Of a DNA stretch of 64,000 nt, positions 18,130 to 27,375 are shown one piece after another. Numbering within the stretch: position 1 is the first letter of the stretch; every line of letters starts with the position of its first letter. Where the stretch lies: NCBI GenBank assembly GCA_902796325.1, contig CADBOM010000150.1, forward strand, positions 2,850 through 66,849, given 5' to 3'. Below the pieces are notes generated by a model. It ran no database searches and was not told the DNA's origin. It saw nothing but the letters and a program-made list of their open reading frames with translations. The translations under genes and the position numbers were made by a program. The DNA is from an uncultured Coriobacteriaceae bacterium (GTDB lineage: Bacteria; Actinomycetota; Coriobacteriia; Coriobacteriales; CADBOM01).

Positions 18130-19827
18130 ATGGCTTTGGAAAACGTGATGTACGTGGACGGCGCTCCCGTTAAGATCGAAGGCGAGAAGAACGTTCTGGA
18201 GGTCATCCGCAAGGCCGGAATTAAAATGCCGACGTTTTGCTATCACTCCGACCTATCGATCTACGGTGCATGCAGGATGTGCATGGTGGAAGACGAGCGC
18301 GGCAAGCTCTATGCATCGTGCTCCACTCCCCCTCAGGCCGGGTTGTCCGTGAAGACGAACACCGCCCGCCTGCGCAGGTACCGCAAGAACATCCTCGAGC
18401 TGCTCTTGGCCGAGCATTGCAGAGACTGCACTATCTGCGTTAACAACGGAAACTGCAAGCTTCAATCCACTGCGCTGAAATTCGGCATCCGCAACATTCA
18501 CTACGACCACACGCGCGAAAACGAGGAGTCAGACTTCTCTTCACCCAGCATCGTGATCGACCGCAGCCGATGCATCCTCTGCGGAGATTGCGTGAGGGAA
18601 TGCAACGAGATACAGAACGTTGGCGCGATTGACTTTATCTCACGCGGTTCCGAAGCCCATGTTGGCACGGCGTTTGGAGTGCCGATTTCGGAAACCATGT
18701 GCGTTGGATGCGGGCAATGCTCCGTTGCATGCCCTACCGGTGCCATCACGATACACGAGAACATCGACGAGGTTTGGAAGGCCATAGACGACCCAACCGT
18801 CTTCGTAACCTGCGAGATAGCCCCGGCGGTGCGAGTTGGCCTTGGCAGGGAAATGGGCCTGAATCCCGGAGAAAACGCCATGAGCCGCATCGTCTCCGCA
18901 CTGCACCGCATGGGAGTCGACGAGGTGTTCGACACCTCCACCGGAGCCGACCTCACCGTTATCGAAGAGGCCAACGAGCTGGTGGAGAGAATCGAGAACG
19001 GCGGAACCCTCCCCATGTTCACATCCTGCTGCCCCGCATGGATTCAATATGTGGAGAAGAAGTACCCGGAGTTCCTGCCAAACATCTCCACATGCCGTTC
19101 GCCAATGGGCATGTTCGCCTCGGTGATAAAGGACTACTACAGGGACAACCTGCCAAGCGGAAAGACCAAGCACGTGCATTTTGCAGTCATGCCTTGCACT
19201 GCCAAGAAATTCGAGGCCGCGCGCGACGAATTCAAGGTTAACGGAGAGCCGAACACAGACTACGTGATCACCACCATAGAGTTCATCAAGATGACCAGGG
19301 AATGCGGCCTTGTGTTCGAGGAGCTGGAGCCAGACTCGGTTGACATGCCATTTGGAGAGATGTCCGGAGCTGGAGTGATCTTCGGCGTCACCGGAGGCGT
19401 TACAGAGGCTGTACTTCGCAAGCTGTCCAAGGACAACTCGAGGAACACCCTGGAGAAGATCGCGTACACGGGCGTACGTGGAATGGAAGGCGTGAAAGAG
19501 ACCTCCGTTCAATACGGCGACAGGGAAATCAAGGTGGCCGTTGCAAGCGGGCTCGCAAACGCCAGCAAGCTGCTGGAAGCCATAAAGAACGGGGAGAAGC
19601 ACTACGACATCGTGGAGATTATGGCGTGCCGCGGCGGATGCATAGCAGGTGCCGGACAGCCATTTGCAACCAGAGATGTCCATGGAAACCGCGGACAAGG
19701 CCTCTACGCCGCAGACAAGGTTAGCACCGTGAAGCGCTCGCAGGACAACCCGCTCATGAAGAGCCTGTACGAGGGTTTCCTGAAAGGCAGAGAGCACGAG
19801 CTCCTGCACGTGAGCTATATGAAGTAG
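18130..19827 (+). CDS. hydA: [FeFe]-hydrogenase catalytic subunit (group A, multimeric/bifurcating type)
   Basis: H-cluster motifs FTSCCPAW, MPCTAKKFE and EIMACRGGCIAGAGQP. N-terminal 2Fe-2S and two 4Fe-4S ferredoxin motifs. Start at MALENV (18130), 2 nt after the hydB stop. Confidence 0.92.
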   Translation: MALENVMYVDGAPVKIEGEKNVLEVIRKAGIKMPTFCYHSDLSIYGACRMCMVEDERGKLYASCSTPPQAGLSVKTNTARLRRYRKNILELLLAEHCRDCTICVNNGNCKLQSTALKFGIRNIHYDHTRENEESDFSSPSIVIDRSRCILCGDCVRECNEIQNVGAIDFISRGSEAHVGTAFGVPISETMCVGCGQCSVACPTGAITIHENIDEVWKAIDDPTVFVTCEIAPAVRVGLGREMGLNPGENAMSRIVSALHRMGVDEVFDTSTGADLTVIEEANELVERIENGGTLPMFTSCCPAWIQYVEKKYPEFLPNISTCRSPMGMFASVIKDYYRDNLPSGKTKHVHFAVMPCTAKKFEAARDEFKVNGEPNTDYVITTIEFIKMTRECGLVFEELEPDSVDMPFGEMSGAGVIFGVTGGVTEAVLRKLSKDNSRNTLEKIAYTGVRGMEGVKETSVQYGDREIKVAVASGLANASKLLEAIKNGEKHYDIVEIMACRGGCIAGAGQPFATRDVHGNRGQGLYAADKVSTVKRSQDNPLMKSLYEGFLKGREHELLHVSYMK

Positions 19828-19875
19828 TCTCGCAAGCGTCCCACAAACGCTTTTATAGACAGAACAAACCATATC

Positions 19876-19925
19876 GGGGGCCGCATCGGATGCATGATGG
19901 TGCGGCCCCCGCATTTATCTTTATT
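19876..19925 (+). terminator. Intrinsic terminator of the hydrogenase operon
   Basis: gggggccgca / tgcggccccc (19876-19885 / 19901-19910), followed by GCATTTATCTTTATT. Confidence 0.75.
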
Positions 19926-19932
19926 GCGGCGC

Positions 19933-20002
19933 AGCTCGAAGCGTCGGCACGGCTCGAAACGTCGGCGCGGCTCGAAGCGTCGGCGCGGCTCGAGATGCCG
20001 CC
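19933..20002. repeat. 18 bp tandem repeat (about 3.8 copies)
   Basis: agctcgaagcgtcggcac / ggctcgaaacgtcggcgc / ggctcgaagcgtcggcgc / ggctcgagatgccgcc. Confidence 0.85.
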
Positions 20003-20213
20003 ATAGCTCGCCGCATTGCCCTGCATCGCCCGAACCGCATCGCATCACGCATATTGAAAAGGGAAACTCCTCTTTTAATTAATAAACCGACGCAATACCT
20101 AAATTATCTAGAACGCATTTCACTTTTGCCCAACTTAGCCATATCATATTTGAGTATGTTCAAGGTTATATGTACCAATGCCTTGTAAAAACACTCAAGA
20201 AGAAGGAGAAGAT

Positions 20214-22229
20214 ATGGGATCCAAGTACGAGCATGTCTTTGAGCCGATCCGCATCAGGGGCATCGACTTCAAGGACCGCATCACCCTGGCGCCGCCGTCG
20301 GCTAACCACACCAACACGAACAACCAGGTAACCCATGAGTTCGTGGACTGGTTCCGTCAGTTCGCAGCAGGTGGAGCGGCAATCCTCTATTCGGGCAATG
20401 CATCCATCGATATCACCGAGTGCAAGGATGAGGAAACCCAGCTCGACCTCTCGAAGGACACCTGCATACTTCCGCTTTCGTGGTACGCAGAGATGGCACA
20501 GCGCTACAACTGCCACGCATCCCTCGAGATCAACCACAACGGACACGGAACCGCTCCCGAGACCATCGGACATGCTCCGTACTCTTCGTCCGCAATCGTT
20601 TGCCCCAACGAGGCTGTCCGTGCCAAGAGGCTCGGCCGTGACCCCATCCCGGCAATCGAGATGGACGAGGACAAGATCTGGGAGACCATCGGAAAGTACG
20701 GAAACGCGGCAAGGCGTATGCAGCAGGCTGGTATGGACATCGCCCTGGTGCATGGCGGACACGGAAATCTGATTTCACAGTTCACCTCCCCTGCCTACAA
20801 CTTCCGTAAGGACGATTGGGGCGGAAGCCTCGAGAACCGCGCTCGCTTCGCAATCGAGGTTTGCAAGGACATCCGCAAGAAGTGCGGCGAGAAGTTCGTA
20901 ATCGAGTATCGTCTGTCCGCAGACGAGATCGTGCCAGAGGGAATGCACTTCCCCGAGACCCTGCAGCTCATCGACATGCTGAAGGATTACGTCGACATCT
21001 TCAACGTGTCCGCAGGTCTGCACACCGACTACAACTTCGCATACTTCCACAATTGGTGCCAGAACTGGCTCATGCCCCATGGATTCAACGTCCACTATGC
21101 AGCCGACGTCAAGAAGGCTCACCCGGACACCCTGGTTACCACCGTTGGTTCGATCAACAGCCTCGACATGGCTGAGGAAATCCTCGCAAAGGGCGAGGCA
21201 GACTTCGTTGCAATGTCCCGTGCGCTCATCGCCGATCCTGACATGCCTCGCAAGTATGCAGAGAACCGTCCTGAGGATCGCCGTCCGTGCCTGCGTTGCC
21301 TCTCCTGCGCCGCAAGGCTCCTTGGCCCGCGCGTGATCAACTGCGCAGTTAACCCGATGAGCGGTATGACCACCCAGCTTCCCGACGGACAGGTGCCCAA
21401 GGCTCCCGTCAAGAAGAAGGTTGCAGTTATCGGTGGTGGCCCAGGCGGATGCCAGGCAGCAATGACCCTTTGCGATCGTGGACACGACGTAACCCTCTAC
21501 GAGAAGACCGACAAGCTTGGCGGAAACTTCATCGCAGCGTCCGTTGCAGAGTTCAAGAGCGACTGCCGCGACTACCTCGAGTGGCTGCAGCGCACCGTTC
21601 AGAAGTACCCGATCAACTTCAAGATGAACACCGAGGCAACCAAGGAAATGCTGGACGCCGAGAACTACGACGCCATCATCATTGCCGTTGGTGCTGAGAA
21701 GAACAAACCCAGGATCCCGGGCATCGACAACGACAACGTGGCTTGGGCACCGGAGGCCGAGCTTGGCGAGTACACCCCCAAGGGCAAGGACATCGTGTTC
21801 GCCGGTGGAGCATTCATCGGACTCGAGGGTGCACTTTCGTTCGCACGTCAGGGCTACAACTGCACCGTCATCGACATGCGCGACAAAGAGAGCGTCATGA
21901 TGGCCATGATGAGCGGCAACTCCTACGATGCCATCCTCGACCTCTTCGCAGAGCTCGAGAAGGCAAACGTTAAGTTCGCATTCGAGACCGCGGTTCAGAG
22001 CTTCGAGCCCGACAAGGTCATTGGCAAGGACAAGGATGGCAACCAGGTTGAGTTCCCGGCAACCGACATCCTGTATGCAATGGGCCTGCACCCACTGTGG
22101 GACACCGTCGACAGCCTGCGTCACTCCGCGCCCGAGAGCAGCGTCTACACCATCGGCGACTGCGTGAAGGTTGGCGGAAACATCAGCTTCGCAGTAAACG
22201 GTGGATTCCAGGCAGCTCTGAACATCTAG
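20214..22229 (+). CDS. OYE-family flavin oxidoreductase fused to [4Fe-4S] and FAD/NAD(P) domains (2,4-dienoyl-CoA/enoate reductase-like)
   Basis: HGGHGNLISQFTSPAYNFRKDDWGGSLENRARF (OYE), CLRCLSC...C (Fe-S), VAVIGGGPGGCQAA (dinucleotide fold). ATG at 20214 follows GAAGGAGAAG. Confidence 0.85.
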   Translation: MGSKYEHVFEPIRIRGIDFKDRITLAPPSANHTNTNNQVTHEFVDWFRQFAAGGAAILYSGNASIDITECKDEETQLDLSKDTCILPLSWYAEMAQRYNCHASLEINHNGHGTAPETIGHAPYSSSAIVCPNEAVRAKRLGRDPIPAIEMDEDKIWETIGKYGNAARRMQQAGMDIALVHGGHGNLISQFTSPAYNFRKDDWGGSLENRARFAIEVCKDIRKKCGEKFVIEYRLSADEIVPEGMHFPETLQLIDMLKDYVDIFNVSAGLHTDYNFAYFHNWCQNWLMPHGFNVHYAADVKKAHPDTLVTTVGSINSLDMAEEILAKGEADFVAMSRALIADPDMPRKYAENRPEDRRPCLRCLSCAARLLGPRVINCAVNPMSGMTTQLPDGQVPKAPVKKKVAVIGGGPGGCQAAMTLCDRGHDVTLYEKTDKLGGNFIAASVAEFKSDCRDYLEWLQRTVQKYPINFKMNTEATKEMLDAENYDAIIIAVGAEKNKPRIPGIDNDNVAWAPEAELGEYTPKGKDIVFAGGAFIGLEGALSFARQGYNCTVIDMRDKESVMMAMMSGNSYDAILDLFAELEKANVKFAFETAVQSFEPDKVIGKDKDGNQVEFPATDILYAMGLHPLWDTVDSLRHSAPESSVYTIGDCVKVGGNISFAVNGGFQAALNI

Positions 22230-22313
22230 TTCGGAACCTATCGGCCCATAGCGAATGCGAAGCCGACGTAAGCCGGTCTAGCCGCTAAAAGCCGAGTAGG
22301 CCATAAGCAATAT

Positions 22314-22372
22314 GAACCCCCGGAACCCGATGCGCAATCAAGCGCTAGGGTCCGGGGGTTCTTCTGTTTTTA
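22314..22372 (+). terminator. Intrinsic terminator after the enoate-reductase-like gene
   Basis: gaacccccggaaccc / gggtccgggggttc stem followed by TTCTGTTTTTATT. Confidence 0.75.
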
Positions 22373-22590
22373 TTCAACTATTTGCTAGCTACGTTTGAAA
22401 TTTAAAGCTTATTCAATGTTTTGAATAAAAGCGAATGAACGGCTCATCGTTAGGTTTAGAAGCAATTTCTTTCTCAAGCTTGCGCGATGCCAAAACTTGA
22501 TAATTTGACTAGGACCCGCATTGATGCGTTAATTGACAATATGCACAAATTTGGCAGTAAGCATGGATTGATTGCTAGGAGAGTGGAAAA

Positions 22591-23745
22591 TTGGCATTCC
22601 TAGGAGAAGATGTACCCAAGCTGGGATTTGGCTTGATGCGACTTCCTAGAGTCGACGGGAAGATGGAAAACCCCATCGACATCGAGCAGGTTAAGAAGAT
22701 GGTGGACCTGTATTTGGAGAGCGGCTTCTCGTATTTCGACACAGCCTACGTGTATGGGGGATCCGAGGAAGCGGCAAAGGCCGCCATCGTGGATCGTTAT
22801 CCACGCGAGGCATTCCTCCTTGCAGACAAGCTCCCCATTCCAGAGAAGGCAACTCCGGAAGAATGCGAGGAGAGATTCAACACCTCTCTTGAGCGCACCG
22901 GCGCCGGGTATTTCGATTGCTATCTTCTGCACGGAATAGGAAGTCAGAAGAACCTAGACCAATTTGACAAGGCAGACGCCTGGAACTTCGTGAAGCGCAA
23001 TAAGGAAGAGGGTCTGATAAAACACATCGGGTTCAGCTTCCACGAGCATCCCCAGATGCTGGCCAAGATATTGGACGATCATCCCGAGATGGAGTTCGTG
23101 CAGCTGCAGATTAACTATGCAGACTGGGACGATCCAGTAGTTGAGGCACGCCGTAACTACGAGGTGGCACTCGAGCATAACGTTCCGATTATCATCATGG
23201 AGCCGCTCCGTGGAGGAAAGCTCGCCAACCTGCCTGCGGAAATCGAGGAGATTTTCAAGAGGCACGATCCAGATGCCCCGATATCTTCTTGGGGACTCAG
23301 GTTCGCCGCTCGCCTCGATGGCGTTATCACAGTGCTTTCGGGCATGTCCACTTACGAGCAGCTTCAGCAGAACATCGACATTCTGCAGAACAACCACGAG
23401 TTCACGGACAACGACCACCAGGCTATATCCCAGGCGCAGCAAGCCATTTCGCAGCTGCCCCACGTGCACTGCACCGACTGCAGGTACTGCCTGCCCAAGT
23501 GCCCAAAGCACATCCCCATCCCGGTGATCTTGGATGCCTACAACGACTATCTAACATACAGGGACTTGCCGGGTGCGATGTTTAGCTATGGATTTGGCAC
23601 CATGGAAGGCCCCAAAGCCTCCGACTGCATTAAATGCGGAGCATGCGAGGCAATATGCACCCAGCACCTGAACATCATCGAGCTTCTGGAGACGGTGGTA
23701 GATACGTTTGAAAAGGCACCAGAGCCAAGCGGGGACGCCGAGTAA
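22591..23745 (+). CDS. Aldo/keto reductase with C-terminal 4Fe-4S ferredoxin domain
   Basis: 384 aa. LGFGLMRLP N-terminus and AKR barrel. C-terminal CTDCRYCLPKCP ... CIKCGACEAIC. Apparent TTG start 9 nt after AGGAG. Confidence 0.8.
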   Translation: MAFLGEDVPKLGFGLMRLPRVDGKMENPIDIEQVKKMVDLYLESGFSYFDTAYVYGGSEEAAKAAIVDRYPREAFLLADKLPIPEKATPEECEERFNTSLERTGAGYFDCYLLHGIGSQKNLDQFDKADAWNFVKRNKEEGLIKHIGFSFHEHPQMLAKILDDHPEMEFVQLQINYADWDDPVVEARRNYEVALEHNVPIIIMEPLRGGKLANLPAEIEEIFKRHDPDAPISSWGLRFAARLDGVITVLSGMSTYEQLQQNIDILQNNHEFTDNDHQAISQAQQAISQLPHVHCTDCRYCLPKCPKHIPIPVILDAYNDYLTYRDLPGAMFSYGFGTMEGPKASDCIKCGACEAICTQHLNIIELLETVVDTFEKAPEPSGDAE

Positions 23746-23825
23746 CAGCCTGACCAGCTGAAAATGAGCAGCTGGAAACCGCGATTAAATACACTGTAAA
23801 TGCATACATGCTGTAAGCGCATGCA

Positions 23826-23880
23826 AAAATAAAAGCGAGGGGAGATGGACACTTAGTCCATCTCCCCTCGTTGCTTTTGG
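23826..23880. terminator. Bidirectional intrinsic terminator
   Basis: Perfect 15 bp stem cgaggggagatggac / gtccatctcccctcg (23836-23850 / 23856-23870), with an A-run before and TTGCTTTT after. Confidence 0.85.
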
Positions 23881-23899
23881 TAGTTGCAATACTTGAGCA

Positions 23900-24673
23900 G
23901 CGCTTAGTCGCGAGCTGCTTCGCCACAAACTTGCAGCCCGCATCGAAGAGAGCGGCAACGTAAGCCATATCCGTTGATTCAACATAAACTCTTGCCAATG
24001 TTAGGATTCCAAGCGGCCTCAGAAGCAATCAGAATCCGTTCTAAGCCTTTATCTTCAATCATCCCAATAAGAGGACTGATTTTACGGTTTCGCATGTCTC
24101 ATCCAAAATCGTTGCCTCTAACCGCGCCAGATCGTCGGGCTACTGCGCCGCAATGTCAACGAAGGAGAATGGAAGACCTCCCATCACGTTGCTCTGCATT
24201 GCGTCTGCAAACGCAACCCCAACCTCGAACGCCTCGGGCACTTTATCTCTAACTGCAGCCTCGGCCCTATCTGTGAAAGACTTTGGAGAAGCCCCGCCGT
24301 CGTCCATGCGAACCTCTATCCCCAGGTAATCGACCGGGTCTTGGCCAGAAGTGAGCATAACTCCACCGAGAGCCAACGGATCTTGCGCGATCGCTTGGCA
24401 GAGTGCGGGGGTTTGACAGTGCGTCTTGGATATCTTGACGTCGAATCCATAGTTGGCAAGCATGGTGGCCGCTATGATGGCATCGCGAGACGCACCCTCC
24501 CTGCAGTCATACCCAACGTAGATGCGCGGGGACTGTGCTTGGCGCGAGAAAACCTTGCCAACGGCATCCACGGCTCTCGCCAAGTTCAGGTCGTTATAGT
24601 CCTTGTCTTTGATGGCCCTCCATCCATCCTCTCCAAAATGAATTGGATCCATCTCCATATCGTTAGAAGCCAT
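23900..24673 (-). pseudogene. Decayed phosphoglucomutase/phosphomannomutase-family gene (domain I plus C-terminal tail only)
   Basis: A 177 aa ORF has FGEDGWRA and domain-I architecture, but the catalytic TASHNP site reads TSGQDP. In the same frame, after three stops, a remnant LRPLGILTLARVYVESTD resembles the C-terminal RPSGTEPxxRVYxEA motif. Domains II-III are absent. Confidence 0.55.
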
Positions 24674-24938
24674 TGCTCTTATTGCCTCCTGACGTAAGTT
24701 GATTAATGTAGCTCTTACGCTTTATATATCTCATTTGCTATATACGAATTTTCAGGCCATATCTTCGTCGGGAAAATCGGCAAAGACCATATGGCCGAAC
24801 TTTGCACATGCTCTATTTTGGCACATGTACTGGCCTGCCGGCATTCAATTCCATGTACTGCAGTGCTCGTGTTTGTTGCAAATTTCCGCCCCGCTTTATG
24901 GGAGAATTCCGGAACTCGAATCCTTGCTAGTCTTTCAG

Positions 24939-25610
24939 TCAAATTCCAGATCGCTGTGCTTTGATGCGGGAGGAGGCGTCTTGCCCAACGAGAAGCTCTA
25001 GCAGTCGCTCGGCAACCTCTTGGGAATATTCCGGGCCAGAGCACGACAGTATGCCGCTCCACTCTACGAAACCGCTCTCATCCACCTGAGCGCACCCGCC
25101 TGCGCGCAGCGCGCCTGGATTGTCATGCCTGCTGCTGAGCGCATACGTTGTGGCATGCCCACCCTTGAGCACGCCAGCGTTGGCGGCCAGCACCGAACCC
25201 ACGCATAGGGTTGCCAGCGGTTTGCCCTGCTTCCGGAATGCCCGAATGAGCTCGTAAACCTCGCCGCAATAGGCTTCGTCAAATCCCAGGTTATGGAACC
25301 CTCCGGGCACCACCAGCGCATCGTGCCCATCTGCAAGCTGCTGGACGTTGGTATTGGAGAGAATGATGTCAACATGCACGCGTGTTCCAAACGCACCGGA
25401 CTTCTCCGCACCAAAACCGCATGTTGTAACAAGCACCTTGTGGCTGCTGGGGCGGTATGCCGACCATCCTAGAACATCGAGAACGGTGGCCACTTCCTGA
25501 TCCTCGAAACCAGCGGGAATGAAAACTAAAACCTTGACGGTTACAAGCCCGTCGTCCTCCACAGGCTGGTCTGATGCCGTTCCGCTGAGATACACACGTT
25601 CTGCTCCCAT
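24939..25610 (-). CDS. DJ-1/PfpI family protein
   Basis: Nucleophile-elbow context ATLCVGSVLAANAG with a flavodoxin-like N-terminus. ATG at 25610 lies 6 nt after AGGAGGAAAG. Confidence 0.75.
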   Translation of the reverse strand: MGAERVYLSGTASDQPVEDDGLVTVKVLVFIPAGFEDQEVATVLDVLGWSAYRPSSHKVLVTTCGFGAEKSGAFGTRVHVDIILSNTNVQQLADGHDALVVPGGFHNLGFDEAYCGEVYELIRAFRKQGKPLATLCVGSVLAANAGVLKGGHATTYALSSRHDNPGALRAGGCAQVDESGFVEWSGILSCSGPEYSQEVAERLLELLVGQDASSRIKAQRSGI

Positions 25611-25748
25611 CGCTTTCCTCCTAAAGGCATACGGTCGAGAGTTGAGTGCCGAGCATGCGCACATGCCGAGCATTCAAACTCCACGTATGAACTTGCGCAT
25701 ACAAAAAAGAACCGGGAGCCTTACGACTCCCGGTTCTTAGATTCCAAA

Positions 25749-25824
25749 TGGTGGTCGGGAACGGATTTGAACCGCTGGCACGGGGATTTTCAGTCCCCTG
25801 CTCTACCACCTGAGCTACCCGACC
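25749..25824 (-). tRNA. tRNA-Phe (GAA)
   Basis: ggtcgggtagctcaggtggtagagcaggggactgaaaatccccgtgccagcggttcaaatccgttcccgaccacca. Cloverleaf with anticodon loop CTGAAAA and encoded CCA. Confidence 0.95.
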
Positions 25825-25835
25825 GGCGATTTATG

Positions 25836-25863
25836 AGTCTATCATCAAGCAGTTTTGCGTCAA
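25836..25863 (-). promoter_or_regulatory. Candidate tRNA-Phe promoter (TTGACG-16-TAGACT)
   Basis: On the minus strand, cTTGACG caaaactgcttgatga TAGACT, about 12 nt before the tRNA 5' end. Confidence 0.4.
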
Positions 25864-26046
25864 GACCAAAATCTAATTAACTTCCCAAATGTCCGACCAA
25901 CGGACTTAACATCGTTGCCATATTCCGTGCGCTGTTACCAATCCCAGCAGAGATTGGCGTGAGAGCGCAACGCGAATGCATGTGAGAGCTTACGCACGGC
26001 AATCGCAAACCCCGCCAGCTCTATACAAGCTAGGAAGCCAGTGAAA

Positions 26047-27033
26047 CTAGTGAACGATTACCTTGAATCCAGCGTCCTCGAAGAACTTCACGCGCTCCTG
26101 AATCTCTTCGTCCGAAGGCGGCTCGGTCTTGAACTCGGTTCCGGCATCGGTCCAGTTGAGACGCTCCCATTTCACGGTTCCAAGAGCGTGATACGGGAGA
26201 ATCTGGATGAGGTCCACGGAATCCTTGATCGGGAGCAGGAAGTCGCGAATCTTCTCCATGTTCTCCATGGAGTCGTTGTAGCCGGTGATCATTGGGAGGC
26301 GGATATGGAAGTGTCCGCCGTTCTCGGCAATCTTGACTGCGTTCTCGAGGATGAGCTCGTTGGGCACTCCGGTGAGCTCCTTGTGTTTGTCGCTGTCCAT
26401 CTGCTTGATGTCATAGAGGAACAGGTCGGAGTACGGAAGAACCTTCTCGATGTTCTCCCATGGCACGTATCCGCAGGTATCGACAGCGGTGTTGACTTCC
26501 TCTTCCTTGCACTGCTTGAGAAGAGCGGCTGCAAAATCTGGCTGGGTGAGGCACTCGCCGCCGGAAATCGTAATTCCACCGCCGGACTTCTTGAAGAACG
26601 GCTTGTCGCGGCGAACCTTCTTCATGACCTCCTCGACGGTCATGTCGGTTCCGCACCAGTACAGAGCCTGGGTGAGGCAGGCGTCTACGCACTTGCCGCA
26701 ACGGATGCAGGTCTTGAGGTTGATGTCGTAATTGAACTCGATCGGGTTGCCGTTCTCGTCCTTCTTGATGTCGACCGTGCGCGAGCCGGTTGGGCAAGCC
26801 TGGACGCAGCGCAGGCAGTTCACGCACTTGGTCTTGAGCATGTTGATTTCGGACGGATAACGCTGCGACTCTGGGCTGTGGCACCAGAGGCACTTTAGCG
26901 GGCATCCCTTGAAGAACACCGTGAGCCTAATTCCTGGTCCATCCTGAACCGAAAATCCCTGGATGTCGAAGATACGGCCGGTGAGCTCCTTAGTCTCCTC
27001 CGCAGTCTCCATCGTCTCTGTGGTCTCTGCCAT
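26047..27033 (-). CDS. Glycyl-radical enzyme activating protein (radical SAM, with auxiliary ferredoxin clusters)
   Basis: FSVQDGPGIRLTVFFKGCPLKCLWCHSPE (CX3CX2C), plus CVNCLRCVQACP and CIRCGKCVDAC. I prefer the start at MAETTE (27033). Confidence 0.85.
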   Translation of the reverse strand: MAETTETMETAEETKELTGRIFDIQGFSVQDGPGIRLTVFFKGCPLKCLWCHSPESQRYPSEINMLKTKCVNCLRCVQACPTGSRTVDIKKDENGNPIEFNYDINLKTCIRCGKCVDACLTQALYWCGTDMTVEEVMKKVRRDKPFFKKSGGGITISGGECLTQPDFAAALLKQCKEEEVNTAVDTCGYVPWENIEKVLPYSDLFLYDIKQMDSDKHKELTGVPNELILENAVKIAENGGHFHIRLPMITGYNDSMENMEKIRDFLLPIKDSVDLIQILPYHALGTVKWERLNWTDAGTEFKTEPPSDEEIQERVKFFEDAGFKVIVH

Positions 27034-27288
27034 TGTGTTTCCCTTCACTTTCTCCCAAGGCCTTATCTCATCCCAGCCTTGGAAACGATAAAAATATTTG
27101 GCACATTTTTTGGCTATGTGCACAGAACGGTAATGTGCACGAGTATACCCAAGATAGGGCCGTTTTTCCAATGCAACCCTAACCTACTAACTTATACCAT
27201 GTTTTAAATTGACTTTCATTATTTGCACTGCGATGCATTAAATTAAAAGGCGTTCACGGAGAATTTTCGCTGCTCGCTTGAACAGACC

Positions 27289-27317
27289 TTGCAACCTCTG
27301 CCCGCGTTGGAGATAAT
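27289..27317 (+). promoter_or_regulatory. Candidate promoter TTGCAA-17-GATAAT upstream of tRNA-Glu
   Basis: -35 at 27289-27294, 17 nt spacer, -10 at 27312-27317, about 58 nt before the tRNA. Confidence 0.5.
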
Positions 27318-27375
27318 TACCAACGCCGATTCAGTCCTCGACTAAGCTCAGGTAAAAGGCTTAGAATCCACATAG

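Noticed and set aside
17701-19827. 708 aa version of the hydrogenase catalytic-subunit ORF, starting inside hydB.
   Set aside because: The first about 143 residues overlap hydB out of frame and are Arg-rich nonsense. The recognisable HydA sequence starts at MALENV (18130), 2 nt after the hydB stop.
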